Shown here: piece by piece, positions 39,012 through 47,506 of the stretch
Position numbering within the stretch: the first letter of the stretch is position 1
Layout of the letters: each line of letters opens with the position of its first letter
DNA from: Minisyncoccia bacterium
Lineage (GTDB): Bacteria; Patescibacteriota; Minisyncoccia; Phycocordibacterales; CALRBL01
Direction of reading: 5' to 3'
Assembly: GCA_038230075.1 (NCBI GenBank)
Contig: JBBRNV010000001.1
Coordinates: forward strand, 114,667-178,666
Length of the DNA stretch: 64,000 bases
Notes under the pieces: model-generated
The model's database searches: none
Told to the model about the DNA's origin: nothing
Seen by the model: only the letters and a program-made list of their open reading frames with translations
Translations under genes and position numbers: made by a program

Positions 39012-41333
39012 ATGGCAAAAAAATCTTCAGCAGAAAAAACAAATAAAATGAAACTCCTTATTGTAGAGTCTCCGGCCAAAGCAAAAACAATTGCTGGCTA
39101 TTTAAATGAGATGAAAGAACCAGGAGTCACCTACAAAGTAGTAGCCTCTGTTGGTCATGTTCGCGATCTTCCAAAGAACAATAAAAAAGCTATCGACATT
39201 GAACATGGCTTTACTCCCCATTACGAAATTTCTGCCGGAAAAGAGAAGGTTATTGCTGAAATTAAGCATTTAGCAAAAGAGGCTGACGAAGTCATTCTTG
39301 CGACTGACCCCGACCGAGAAGGAGAAGCTATTGCGTGGCACATTAAAGAAGCAGTTGGTCTTAAAAATCCTAAACGCGTTGTTTTTCACGAAATTACAAA
39401 AGACGCGGTACAAGAAGCAATCAAACACCCACGAGATATTGATGACAACTTAAAACAGGCGCAAGAAGCACGACGAGTACTCGATCGACTTGTAGGCTAC
39501 GATCTCTCTGGTCTTATTTGGAAAAAAGTTCGATACGGACTATCTGCAGGACGAGTACAATCTCCTGCCTTACGAATTCTCATGGAACGAGAACGTGAAA
39601 TTCGAGCATTCATTCCTGAAACATATTTTGCAATTACCGCAAACACTCATCTTGGAAAAAATTCTAAAGAAGTAACAGTTTTTAATTGTGCTGAAGAACC
39701 TCGTGACAAAAAAGAGGCTGAACGAATTGTTGAACTTGGAAATAATGCCGCAAAAAAGAATGAATGGACAATTACCGATGTCGCCGAAAGTGAAGTTAAA
39801 AGATCTCCAAAAGCTCCCTTCATTACTTCAACACTTCAACAAGCAGCTAGTTCACGATTGGGTTTTAGTCCTTCGCGAACCATGGGCTTAGCTCAACGAC
39901 TATATGAATCGGGATACATCACGTATATGCGAACAGACAGCCCAAACTTAAGTAAAGTTGCTATTGGTCAAACAGCCACATATATAGAGAAGGAATATGG
40001 AAAAAATTATCTCCAGATTCGCGCATATGCATCAAAGAGTAAAAATGCGCAAGAAGCACACGAAGCTATTCGACCAACAAACATGAGTGCACTTAGTCTT
40101 GGAGCTGATGAATCACAAAAAAAGCTCTATGAACTCATTTGGGCTCGAACTGTGGCATCTCAGATGAAAGATGCGCTTCTTTCTCGAACAAAAATCACCG
40201 CAAACATTTCTGACTCATTTCTAAAATCACAAAAAGAAAAAGAAATTCCTGACTTTTCAGTTACTGGTTCTCGAATTATGTTCGACGGATGGTTAAAAGC
40301 CGACCCAGGAGCGCGAGGTGAAGATGTTATTCTTCCTCAGGTCAAAAAAAATGAGTCACTCGATGTAACTGAGGTTATTTCTGAACAGAAACAAACTGAA
40401 CCTCCTTCTCGATATTCAGAAGCTGGTCTCATTAAAGAATTAGAAAAACGAGGCATTGGTCGCCCATCAACCTATGCTGCTATTATTAAAACTATTGAAG
40501 AACGAGGGTATGTTGAGAAAATCAACAAATCACTCAAGCCAACAGACACAGGAGATGTGGTAAGTAGTTTCCTTGAATCAAACTTCACCGATTACATCAG
40601 TGACTCATTCACTGCCGAAATGGAAGACAAACTCGACAATATTGCAGACGGAAAAGCAGAATACATTAAAACTCTTTCAGATTTCTATGGTCCATTTTTG
40701 AAAGATGTTAAAGCAAAAGACAAAATAGAAAAACTAACAAACTTGGGTGACGCTGATCCAAAGTTCACTTGTCCAAAATGTGGATCAGCTATGGTTATCA
40801 AACTTAGTCGTGGAGGAAAGTTTGTTTCTTGTTCACGATTTCCCGAATGTGATGGAGCACTTACTATTGATGGTCAACAAATTAAACGAGATGAGCCTCT
40901 TGGAAAAGATCCAGAAACTGGAATGGATATTTTTGTAAAAATCGGACGATTTGGCCCTTATGTACAATTAGGTGATGGAACTCAATTAGAAGAAGTGGAG
41001 AAGGTTTCGAAAAAAGGAAAGGTGACAAAAAAGAAAGTGAAAGCTAAACCAAAGATGGCTAGTATTCCAAAAACAGTAAAACCTGAAGAAGTTACGATTG
41101 AACAAGCTCTTACTTACCTCACCCTTCCTCGAGATTTAGGAAAGCATCCAGTTACCGGAAAAAAGATAGTTGCGAATGTTGGAAGATTTGGTCCGTACAT
41201 TATGCATGATGGAGATTTTCGATCATTGAAGACAGATAACGTATACACAATTACTACTGAACGAGCATTGGCGATTTTAGCTGAAGAAAAAAAGGTGCGA
41301 CGTGGTGGGTTTAAGAAAAAAGAAAACAGCTAA
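39012..41333 (+). CDS. topA: DNA topoisomerase I
   Basis: Toprim (LLIVESPAKAKTI), catalytic Tyr region, C-terminal zinc ribbons (CPKCG...C..C) and Lys-rich tail. 773 aa. Confidence 0.95.
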   Translation: MAKKSSAEKTNKMKLLIVESPAKAKTIAGYLNEMKEPGVTYKVVASVGHVRDLPKNNKKAIDIEHGFTPHYEISAGKEKVIAEIKHLAKEADEVILATDPDREGEAIAWHIKEAVGLKNPKRVVFHEITKDAVQEAIKHPRDIDDNLKQAQEARRVLDRLVGYDLSGLIWKKVRYGLSAGRVQSPALRILMEREREIRAFIPETYFAITANTHLGKNSKEVTVFNCAEEPRDKKEAERIVELGNNAAKKNEWTITDVAESEVKRSPKAPFITSTLQQAASSRLGFSPSRTMGLAQRLYESGYITYMRTDSPNLSKVAIGQTATYIEKEYGKNYLQIRAYASKSKNAQEAHEAIRPTNMSALSLGADESQKKLYELIWARTVASQMKDALLSRTKITANISDSFLKSQKEKEIPDFSVTGSRIMFDGWLKADPGARGEDVILPQVKKNESLDVTEVISEQKQTEPPSRYSEAGLIKELEKRGIGRPSTYAAIIKTIEERGYVEKINKSLKPTDTGDVVSSFLESNFTDYISDSFTAEMEDKLDNIADGKAEYIKTLSDFYGPFLKDVKAKDKIEKLTNLGDADPKFTCPKCGSAMVIKLSRGGKFVSCSRFPECDGALTIDGQQIKRDEPLGKDPETGMDIFVKIGRFGPYVQLGDGTQLEEVEKVSKKGKVTKKKVKAKPKMASIPKTVKPEEVTIEQALTYLTLPRDLGKHPVTGKKIVANVGRFGPYIMHDGDFRSLKTDNVYTITTERALAILAEEKKVRRGGFKKKENS

Positions 41334-42409
41334 AGAGAAAAATTCCTCACTGAATAAATATCAGGATCCTCTTCTTTCTCTTTAGGAACTTCAGGTATTG
41401 GTTCTGCAATATCTTTGTCGGTAAGTGGAACTTCCTCAGAAATGTATTGCTCTGAACTTTGTGCTTCAACTTGTGGTGAATTGGCGTTAGCCTCAGCAGA
41501 ACTTGCGATACTTGCCTGCACAGTTTTCATAATATGTTCAACATGTTTATCTAACATATTTTCTGGTGCCTTGATTTTATTAGTGTGAATCAAACTCAGA
41601 ATAGTTCGAAGATCTTCTGCAGAAAAGAAGTCGATAGTTACTTTTCCTCCACTTCCTTCTTGTTTGGTTTCAATTTGTACACGAGTACCTAAACTTTCGG
41701 TGAGTTTTTCTTCAAGTTCGATAATTTCAGGATCAAGCACTCTCTCTTTCTTTCGAGCGCGATCTGTTGCGATCTTTCGAGCAATCAGTTCTGCTTCTCG
41801 AACATTTAATTTTTTATATAAAATTTCTTTAAACAAAGTGTCTTGTTCAAGTGGTCGGTCAGTTAACATCAGAAGTGGTCGAGTGTGTCCTTCGCTAATT
41901 TTTTGTTCTGAAAGTGCTTGGAGCATGTGTTCAGGTAAAAGCAAAATTCGAAGTGTGTTTGAAACGTACTCTCGACTCTTTCCAACCTTATCTGCAACTT
42001 CGACATGTTTGAATCCAAATTCTTTCACCAATTGTTGAAATGATTTAGCTCGATCAACAGGATTCAGATCTTCTCGTTGAATATTTTCAATAATAGCGAG
42101 CTCAAGCTTCATTAAGTTATTCTCTTCTCCTGATCTTATAAGAACAGGTACTTGTGCAAGACCTGCGAGCTTTGATGCACGAAGTCGTCTCTCTCCTGCG
42201 ATAAGTTCATACTCAACAGCGATGCCTCCATCTTCTTTTTGAATTTCTTTTCGAGTCACCACAAGAGCCTGAAGAACTCCGTATTGTCTAATCGAATCCG
42301 CGAGGCTTTGTAATGCGACTGGATCGAATTCCCGTCGTGGTTGATAGGGGTTGGGTTTGATCTTGTCGACCTCAACCCAGAAAATTGCATCGTTATAAAA
42401 CTGTGACAT
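41330..42409 (-). CDS. parB: ParB/Spo0J-family partition protein with acidic/Pro-rich C-terminal extension
   Basis: ParB box (KIKPNPYQPRREFD; LIAGERRLRA), HTH, then a ~70-aa low-complexity tail. Overlaps the topA stop by 4 nt (convergent). Confidence 0.9.
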   Translation of the reverse strand: MSQFYNDAIFWVEVDKIKPNPYQPRREFDPVALQSLADSIRQYGVLQALVVTRKEIQKEDGGIAVEYELIAGERRLRASKLAGLAQVPVLIRSGEENNLMKLELAIIENIQREDLNPVDRAKSFQQLVKEFGFKHVEVADKVGKSREYVSNTLRILLLPEHMLQALSEQKISEGHTRPLLMLTDRPLEQDTLFKEILYKKLNVREAELIARKIATDRARKKERVLDPEIIELEEKLTESLGTRVQIETKQEGSGGKVTIDFFSAEDLRTILSLIHTNKIKAPENMLDKHVEHIMKTVQASIASSAEANANSPQVEAQSSEQYISEEVPLTDKDIAEPIPEVPKEKEEDPDIYSVRNFSL

Positions 42410-42547
42410 GGAGTGAGTATATCATGATGAATACTTCCGCAACATTTTACTTTTAACCAATTTAGTTTTAGAATCGAGTCCGATAGTCTTTTATCTCATT
42501 TCACAAAAAGTCAGTCAAAAGACCTTCAAAATAGAATAGGAAAACAT

Positions 42548-42629
42548 GCCAGAGTGACGAAATTGGTATACGTACTCGACTCAAAATCGAGCGTCGAAAG
42601 ACATGAGGGTTCGACTCCCTCCTCTGGCA
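42548..42629 (+). tRNA. tRNA-Leu (anticodon CAA), class II long variable arm
   Basis: Acceptor GCCAGAG/CUCUGGC, anticodon loop CUCAAAA, 14-nt variable arm, GGGTTCGACTCCC T-arm. Close overall match to canonical tRNA-Leu(CAA). Confidence 0.9.
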
Positions 42630-42652
42630 CATGTGTTGGGAATCTGCTGTTT

Positions 42653-43720
42653 CTACAGATAGAAAATTTCAGGTTCAATTTCAAGATCTAATCCAAATTC
42701 TTTTTTTACCCTGTCTTTTATATAGTCTGATAAAGTGAACAACTCATCAGTTTGAGCATTACCATTTGAAGTAAGAACAAGTGCGTTTTTTTCATATACA
42801 CCAACATTCCCTCTTTGATATCCCTTAAGTCCAACCTGTTCAATCAACCAACCTGTTGGAATTTTTACTGTCTTTTCGTCTATATAAAATAAAGGAATAT
42901 TTGGATATGCATTTTTTAATACTTCGGCAACGTTTATTTCAACCAAACAATTCTTAAAGAATGATCCAACATTTGGAATCACTTGTGGTTTTGGAAGCTT
43001 CGACCAACGAATATCAGTAATGACATTTCGAATCTTTTGCTGAAGCGACATCGCAGACAAGTTGCCTGACCTTTCTTGCTCAATAAGACTTAATTCAAAC
43101 TTTTGAATTGCTTCTTGGACACCTGTATACGTTGGCATAATAGGTTGTCTTTTAGTCAGCTTATATCGAACTGAAGTAATTAACACTCTTCCTTTTTCGA
43201 ATCTTTTAAAAACACTATCTCGATATGAAAACTGACACTCTTCATTTGTCATCATTATTACTTTTCCTGTCACCATGTCAAAAATTTCTACCTCATGGAT
43301 AACTTCTGAAACCTCTTTTCCATACGCTCCAATATTTTGTATAGGACTTGCGCCAACAGTTCCTGGAATTGCAGACAACGCTTCGACTCCTGACAAATTG
43401 TGGATAACGGCGTACTCAACAAAGTCGTCCCACACTTCACCTGACGCAACTTCAATAATTGCAAAGTCTTCATTTTCTTCGATAATATGTATTCCTTTGT
43501 TTTCTATTTTGAGTGTGCATATTTCTGGGAGCACATCTTTAACGACAACGTTTGATCCTCCCCCCAGTATAAAAAGTGGAACATTCAATTCTTTTAATTT
43601 TTCCTTAAGTTCTGGAAGATCTTGTGTGTTTTGTAATCGAGAGAAGTAGAGCGAGTTCCCTCCAAGTTTTAAGGTCGTGAAATCGCGAAGGAGAACGTTT
43701 TTTTCAAGAAATAAGGCCAT
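42653..43720 (-). CDS. murB: UDP-N-acetylenolpyruvoylglucosamine reductase (long form)
   Basis: FAD-binding N-domain (ILGGGSNVVV) and MurB C-domain. 355 aa. Confidence 0.85.
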   Translation of the reverse strand: MALFLEKNVLLRDFTTLKLGGNSLYFSRLQNTQDLPELKEKLKELNVPLFILGGGSNVVVKDVLPEICTLKIENKGIHIIEENEDFAIIEVASGEVWDDFVEYAVIHNLSGVEALSAIPGTVGASPIQNIGAYGKEVSEVIHEVEIFDMVTGKVIMMTNEECQFSYRDSVFKRFEKGRVLITSVRYKLTKRQPIMPTYTGVQEAIQKFELSLIEQERSGNLSAMSLQQKIRNVITDIRWSKLPKPQVIPNVGSFFKNCLVEINVAEVLKNAYPNIPLFYIDEKTVKIPTGWLIEQVGLKGYQRGNVGVYEKNALVLTSNGNAQTDELFTLSDYIKDRVKKEFGLDLEIEPEIFYL

Positions 43721-43727
43721 GCATTGA

Positions 43728-43760
43728 ATATATCATACATGATATATTTGTGATATATTA
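43728..43760. promoter_or_regulatory. Interrupted palindrome ATATCAT-AC-ATGATAT plus downstream TGATATAT repeat in the murB/murA divergent promoter region
   Basis: Read directly. Lies 5-40 nt upstream of the HTH-murA start. Confidence 0.3.
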
Positions 43761-43766
43761 CTTTTT

Positions 43767-45302
43767 ATGAAAACAACGAGCACAGCGAAAGAAAGCCCCG
43801 TAAAGAAGATTGGTTTTTTTATAAAAACACTACGAGAGGATAAAGGAATTACACAGGCAGATTTTGCGAAGGCACTTTCAACTTCACAGAGTGCTGTTGC
43901 TCGAATGGAAAAAGGCGAACAAAACTTTAGTACCGAGCAACTCTCAAAAATAAGTAAGGTGCTTGGACGAAGTTTAATGCGACTTGAAAACTCAACAGAT
44001 GATTTTGAAATTAATGGTGGAAAAAAACTATCAGGAACGATTCAAACTAACTATTCAAAAAACGGCGCGCTCGGGCTTTTTTGCGCCGCACTATTAAACA
44101 AAGGAATCACTACTCTTCATGGAATTCCTCGAATTGAAGAAATTGCTCGTATTGTTGAAATCTTTGAAAGTATCGGTGTAGAAGTTAAGTGGATGGGAAA
44201 AAACACAGTGTGCATAACTCCTCCAAAAGTTTTCTGTCTTGAAAACATGAATCATGGTGCAGCCGCTCGTATTCGATCTGTTCTTATGATGATTGGATCG
44301 CTCACTCACCACATTCCTTCATTTTCAATCCCTCATGCTGGTGGATGCAAAATGGGACAACGAACAATTGCTGCCCATCGATATGCACTTGAAGCACTTG
44401 GCATTAATATTTCAACCAAATCAGACAGATACACTATTAATCGAAAGAAATTTAAACCTGCAGATGTGGTTATGTACGAAGCAAGTGACACCGCAACAGA
44501 GAACGCCATTATTGCAGCTGCACTTATTCCTGGAAAAACCACTCTTCGTTTTACTCCTCCAAATTATCAGGTGCAAGAAGTATGTTTCTTTTTAGAAAAA
44601 TGTGGGGTGAAGATTGAAGGAGTTGGATCAACTACTCTAACAATTCATGGCATCAAAGAAATTGACATGACAATTGAGTACACCAACAGTGAAGATCCTG
44701 TTGAATCAATGATGTTTTTGTCTGCTGGAATTGTGACTGAATCAACACTAACGGTTACTCGATGCCCCATCGAATTTCTTGCTGTTGAACTTTTAAAATT
44801 AGAAAAGATGGGTTTGAAATATACCTCAACAAAAGAATATTTCGCAGAGAATGGAAGAACAAAATTGGTAGACATCACTATTCATCCATCAAAACTGAAA
44901 GCGCCGTTAGACAAAATTCATGCTCTGCCATATCCTGGAATTAATACTGACAACCTTCCCTTTTTTGTTCCTATCGCAACCTTGGCTGTTGGAACAACAC
45001 TTATTCACGACTGGATGTGGGAAAATCGCGCAATCTATTTCACTGAACTTAACCGCCTCGGTGCAAATGTGGTTTTAGCAGACCCTCACCGAGTATTTGT
45101 CCAAGGTCCAACCAAACTTCGAGGATCTCAAATCGTATGCCCTCCAGCGCTTCGTCCTGCCATGATTATCTTAATCGCCATGCTTGCAGCTGAAGGAACC
45201 TCGATTTTGCGAAACGTATATGCTATAAATCGCGGATATGAAGATATTGCAGAACGCCTCAACTCGATTGGAGCAGACATCAGCATCATCAGCGACTTCT
45301 AA
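43767..45302 (+). CDS. murA: XRE-family HTH domain fused to UDP-N-acetylglucosamine 1-carboxyvinyltransferase (MurA)
   Basis: Residues ~15-70 are IKTLREDKGITQADFAKALSTSQSAVARMEKGEQNFSTEQLSKISKVLG, a Cro/C1-type HTH. The remaining ~436 aa are MurA, including the active-site Cys in GGCKMGQR. Confidence 0.85.
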   Translation: MKTTSTAKESPVKKIGFFIKTLREDKGITQADFAKALSTSQSAVARMEKGEQNFSTEQLSKISKVLGRSLMRLENSTDDFEINGGKKLSGTIQTNYSKNGALGLFCAALLNKGITTLHGIPRIEEIARIVEIFESIGVEVKWMGKNTVCITPPKVFCLENMNHGAAARIRSVLMMIGSLTHHIPSFSIPHAGGCKMGQRTIAAHRYALEALGINISTKSDRYTINRKKFKPADVVMYEASDTATENAIIAAALIPGKTTLRFTPPNYQVQEVCFFLEKCGVKIEGVGSTTLTIHGIKEIDMTIEYTNSEDPVESMMFLSAGIVTESTLTVTRCPIEFLAVELLKLEKMGLKYTSTKEYFAENGRTKLVDITIHPSKLKAPLDKIHALPYPGINTDNLPFFVPIATLAVGTTLIHDWMWENRAIYFTELNRLGANVVLADPHRVFVQGPTKLRGSQIVCPPALRPAMIILIAMLAAEGTSILRNVYAINRGYEDIAERLNSIGADISIISDF

Positions 45303-45312
45303 ATCTGACTCG

Positions 45313-46218
45313 ATGCAAAACAATACGAAGTTGCCTAAAGTTGTTGCTGTTATCGGACCAACAGCAACGGGAAAGACATCTATCTCAATTCGATTAGCAA
45401 AACTCTTTAATGGAGAGATTGTGTCTGCTGATTCGAGACAAGTATATAAAGGAATGAATCTTGGCACCGGAAAGGTCCTAAAAAAAGAAATGGAAGGAAT
45501 CAAACATCATCTTTTAGATGTTGCATCACCCACTAAGCAATACACCGTCGCAAAATATAAAAACGATTCAGAGAAAGCAGTTCTTCAAGTGTTCAAGAAT
45601 AATCACCTCCCCATTATTTGTGGTGGTACAGGATTTTATGTTGATGCACTTCTTGAAGGAATAATTCTTCCAGAAGTAAAAGTGAATCTTGCTTTTAGAA
45701 AAAAATTAGAGAAGTTAAGTGTAGAGGAACTATTTGCAAAGCTTATCAAATCAGATCCTGAGCGAGCAAAATCTATCGACCACCACAATAAAGTTCGCAT
45801 TATTCGCGCGCTTGAAATTGTTCAAGCTGTAGGAAAAGTTCCAAAAGTAAAAACTGAGAAAAAGTATGATGTCCTCTATGTAGGAATTGATCTTCCTGAT
45901 GAAGTACTCAAAGAAAAAATTTACACTCGCCTTAACGACAGAATGAAGAAGGGAATGCTTCGTGAAGTTGTACGCTTACATGCTAATGGTATGAGTTGGA
46001 AACGAATGTCTGAGATGGGCCTTGAATATAGATACCTTGCACTTCTTGCTCAGAAGAAAATAACAAAAGAAGAATGTTTAAAACAATTAGAGGTCGAAAT
46101 TTGGCACTACGCAAAGCGACAACGGACATGGTTCAAGCGAAATCAGAACATCGAATGGTTTAAGCACACAGACCTCAACAAAATATCAAGAAAAGTTAAA
46201 ACTTTCCTAAAAGAATAG
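45313..46218 (+). CDS. miaA: tRNA dimethylallyltransferase
   Basis: P-loop VIGPTATGKTS at the N-terminus. Start taken at ATG 45313 (the 45238 ORF extension overlaps murA). Confidence 0.9.
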   Translation: MQNNTKLPKVVAVIGPTATGKTSISIRLAKLFNGEIVSADSRQVYKGMNLGTGKVLKKEMEGIKHHLLDVASPTKQYTVAKYKNDSEKAVLQVFKNNHLPIICGGTGFYVDALLEGIILPEVKVNLAFRKKLEKLSVEELFAKLIKSDPERAKSIDHHNKVRIIRALEIVQAVGKVPKVKTEKKYDVLYVGIDLPDEVLKEKIYTRLNDRMKKGMLREVVRLHANGMSWKRMSEMGLEYRYLALLAQKKITKEECLKQLEVEIWHYAKRQRTWFKRNQNIEWFKHTDLNKISRKVKTFLKE

Positions 46219-46897
46219 CTTTTCGTCTTTTTTCCTCAACTCGTTCGATTGCGTATCGAAGAGTGGTTCGAGCAAGGTTTGAATAATGTTTTTTAAGAAA
46301 TACAAGCATTCTCTTTTCGTCTTTCTTCCCCGCTTCTCGTAACACCCATCCAACTGCTTTATGCATCAAATCATGTTTTTCTTTAAGAAGAGCTTCCGCA
46401 ACTTTATATGGTAGATCAAGACTCTTCATTTTCACAAAATGAAGCATTGAAACAATTGAGATTCTGCGCTCCCACATATTCTTTGATTTTGAAAGTTTCC
46501 AAATCATCTTTTCATCTTTTAAGTTATTAAAAACGTAATGACCTAGAATATAAGAGGCTGACGAATCAACTAAATCCCAATTGTTGATACCTGCAGTATT
46601 TGCCAAATAAAATGTAACAATGTGCTTCTGCATCTTTGGATCAGCTTTTGTATATCGCATTTCAAGAATCTCAAGAGAGCATGAACGTTCTTCATGAATT
46701 TTACTTTTAAGAAGCTCTGCGATTTCCTCAAGTGGTAAGTCTTTGTACTCTTTTGCAACAGAACTAACACCAGCACTGTTGATTCCTATGAAAATATCAC
46801 CTTCTCCATATTCTCCTTTTCCCGTCTTAAAGTACTTAGCAACAGCTAGTGCCTTTTCTTTATTTGCTAGTTTTTTGAGAGTTGAAGAAACTGACAT
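46196..46897 (-). CDS. DNA alkylation repair enzyme (AlkD/AlkC-like HEAT-repeat glycosylase family)
   Basis: YFKTGKGEYGEGDIFIGI signature of the DNA-alkylation-repair family. 233 aa. Confidence 0.8.
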   Translation of the reverse strand: MSVSSTLKKLANKEKALAVAKYFKTGKGEYGEGDIFIGINSAGVSSVAKEYKDLPLEEIAELLKSKIHEERSCSLEILEMRYTKADPKMQKHIVTFYLANTAGINNWDLVDSSASYILGHYVFNNLKDEKMIWKLSKSKNMWERRISIVSMLHFVKMKSLDLPYKVAEALLKEKHDLMHKAVGWVLREAGKKDEKRMLVFLKKHYSNLARTTLRYAIERVEEKRRKAILLGKF

Positions 46898-46901
46898 ATT
46901 G

Positions 46902-46973
46902 CGGGCCCAGTAGGACTCGAACCTACAACTACAGTTTTGGAGACCGTTGTTTTACCATTGAAACTATGGACCC
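46902..46973 (-). tRNA. tRNA-Trp (anticodon CCA)
   Basis: Acceptor GGGUCCA/UGGGCCC, anticodon stem ACGGU/ACUGU with loop CUCCAAA, T-arm GUAGG-UUCGAGU-CCUAC. Confidence 0.85.
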
Positions 46974-47075
46974 GTATCTTACTCAAATAAAGACTTTCGA
47001 ATTCGAGTGATGCCTCACAATAACAAAAAATCCCCTCTTTTGAAAGGGATCTCCGCTCTGGCTTTTTTCTGCTAA

Positions 47076-47231
47076 TTATTTCTTAGCTTCTTTGAATTTA
47101 ACGTGTTTTCGAAGTTTTTTACTATACTTACTAAGCTCAATTTTTCGTTGAACTTTTCTTCGGTTTTTACGAGTGTTGATCACTTCGCCCGTTTCCTTAT
47201 TTCGAAGCATGATGAGGTTATCTTGTGACAT
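47076..47231 (-). CDS. rpmG: 50S ribosomal protein L33
   Basis: A 51-aa ORF not in the supplied track (below 60 aa): MSQDNLIMLRNKETGEVINTRKNRRKVQRKIELSKYSKKLRKHVKFKEAKK. This is the L33 pattern. A terminator-like hairpin lies at ~47030-47060. Confidence 0.8.
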   Translation of the reverse strand: MSQDNLIMLRNKETGEVINTRKNRRKVQRKIELSKYSKKLRKHVKFKEAKK

Positions 47232-47324
47232 GGGGGTTACTATAGCCTACTTCTTTCGAAAAATCAAACATCAATTTTTGGGTAATGAGGCCTGGTTTTC
47301 GCCTTCAAATCAGATCATTCATTG

Positions 47325-47408
47325 TGCGCAGGGAAGGATTCGAACCTTCGTAGGCCATAGGCCGACAGATTTACAGTCTGTTGTAATTGACCGCTCTACC
47401 ACCTGCGC
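47325..47408 (-). tRNA. tRNA-Tyr (anticodon GUA), long variable arm
   Basis: Acceptor GCGCAGG/CCUGCGC, anticodon loop CUGUAAA, long variable arm, GGTTCGAATCC T-loop. Confidence 0.9.
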
Positions 47409-47506
47409 GTAGCCTCCACGGTATCATAAAATATGAAGGCTGGAAAGCACAAAATCACTAGTGTTGCTAGTGATTTTGTTGCCAAATATTAAGTTTATTG
47501 ATCGAC

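Noticed and set aside
47173-47412. 79-aa plus-strand ORF
   Set aside because: Overlaps tRNA-Tyr and the rpmG region on the opposite strand, which explain the sequence better.
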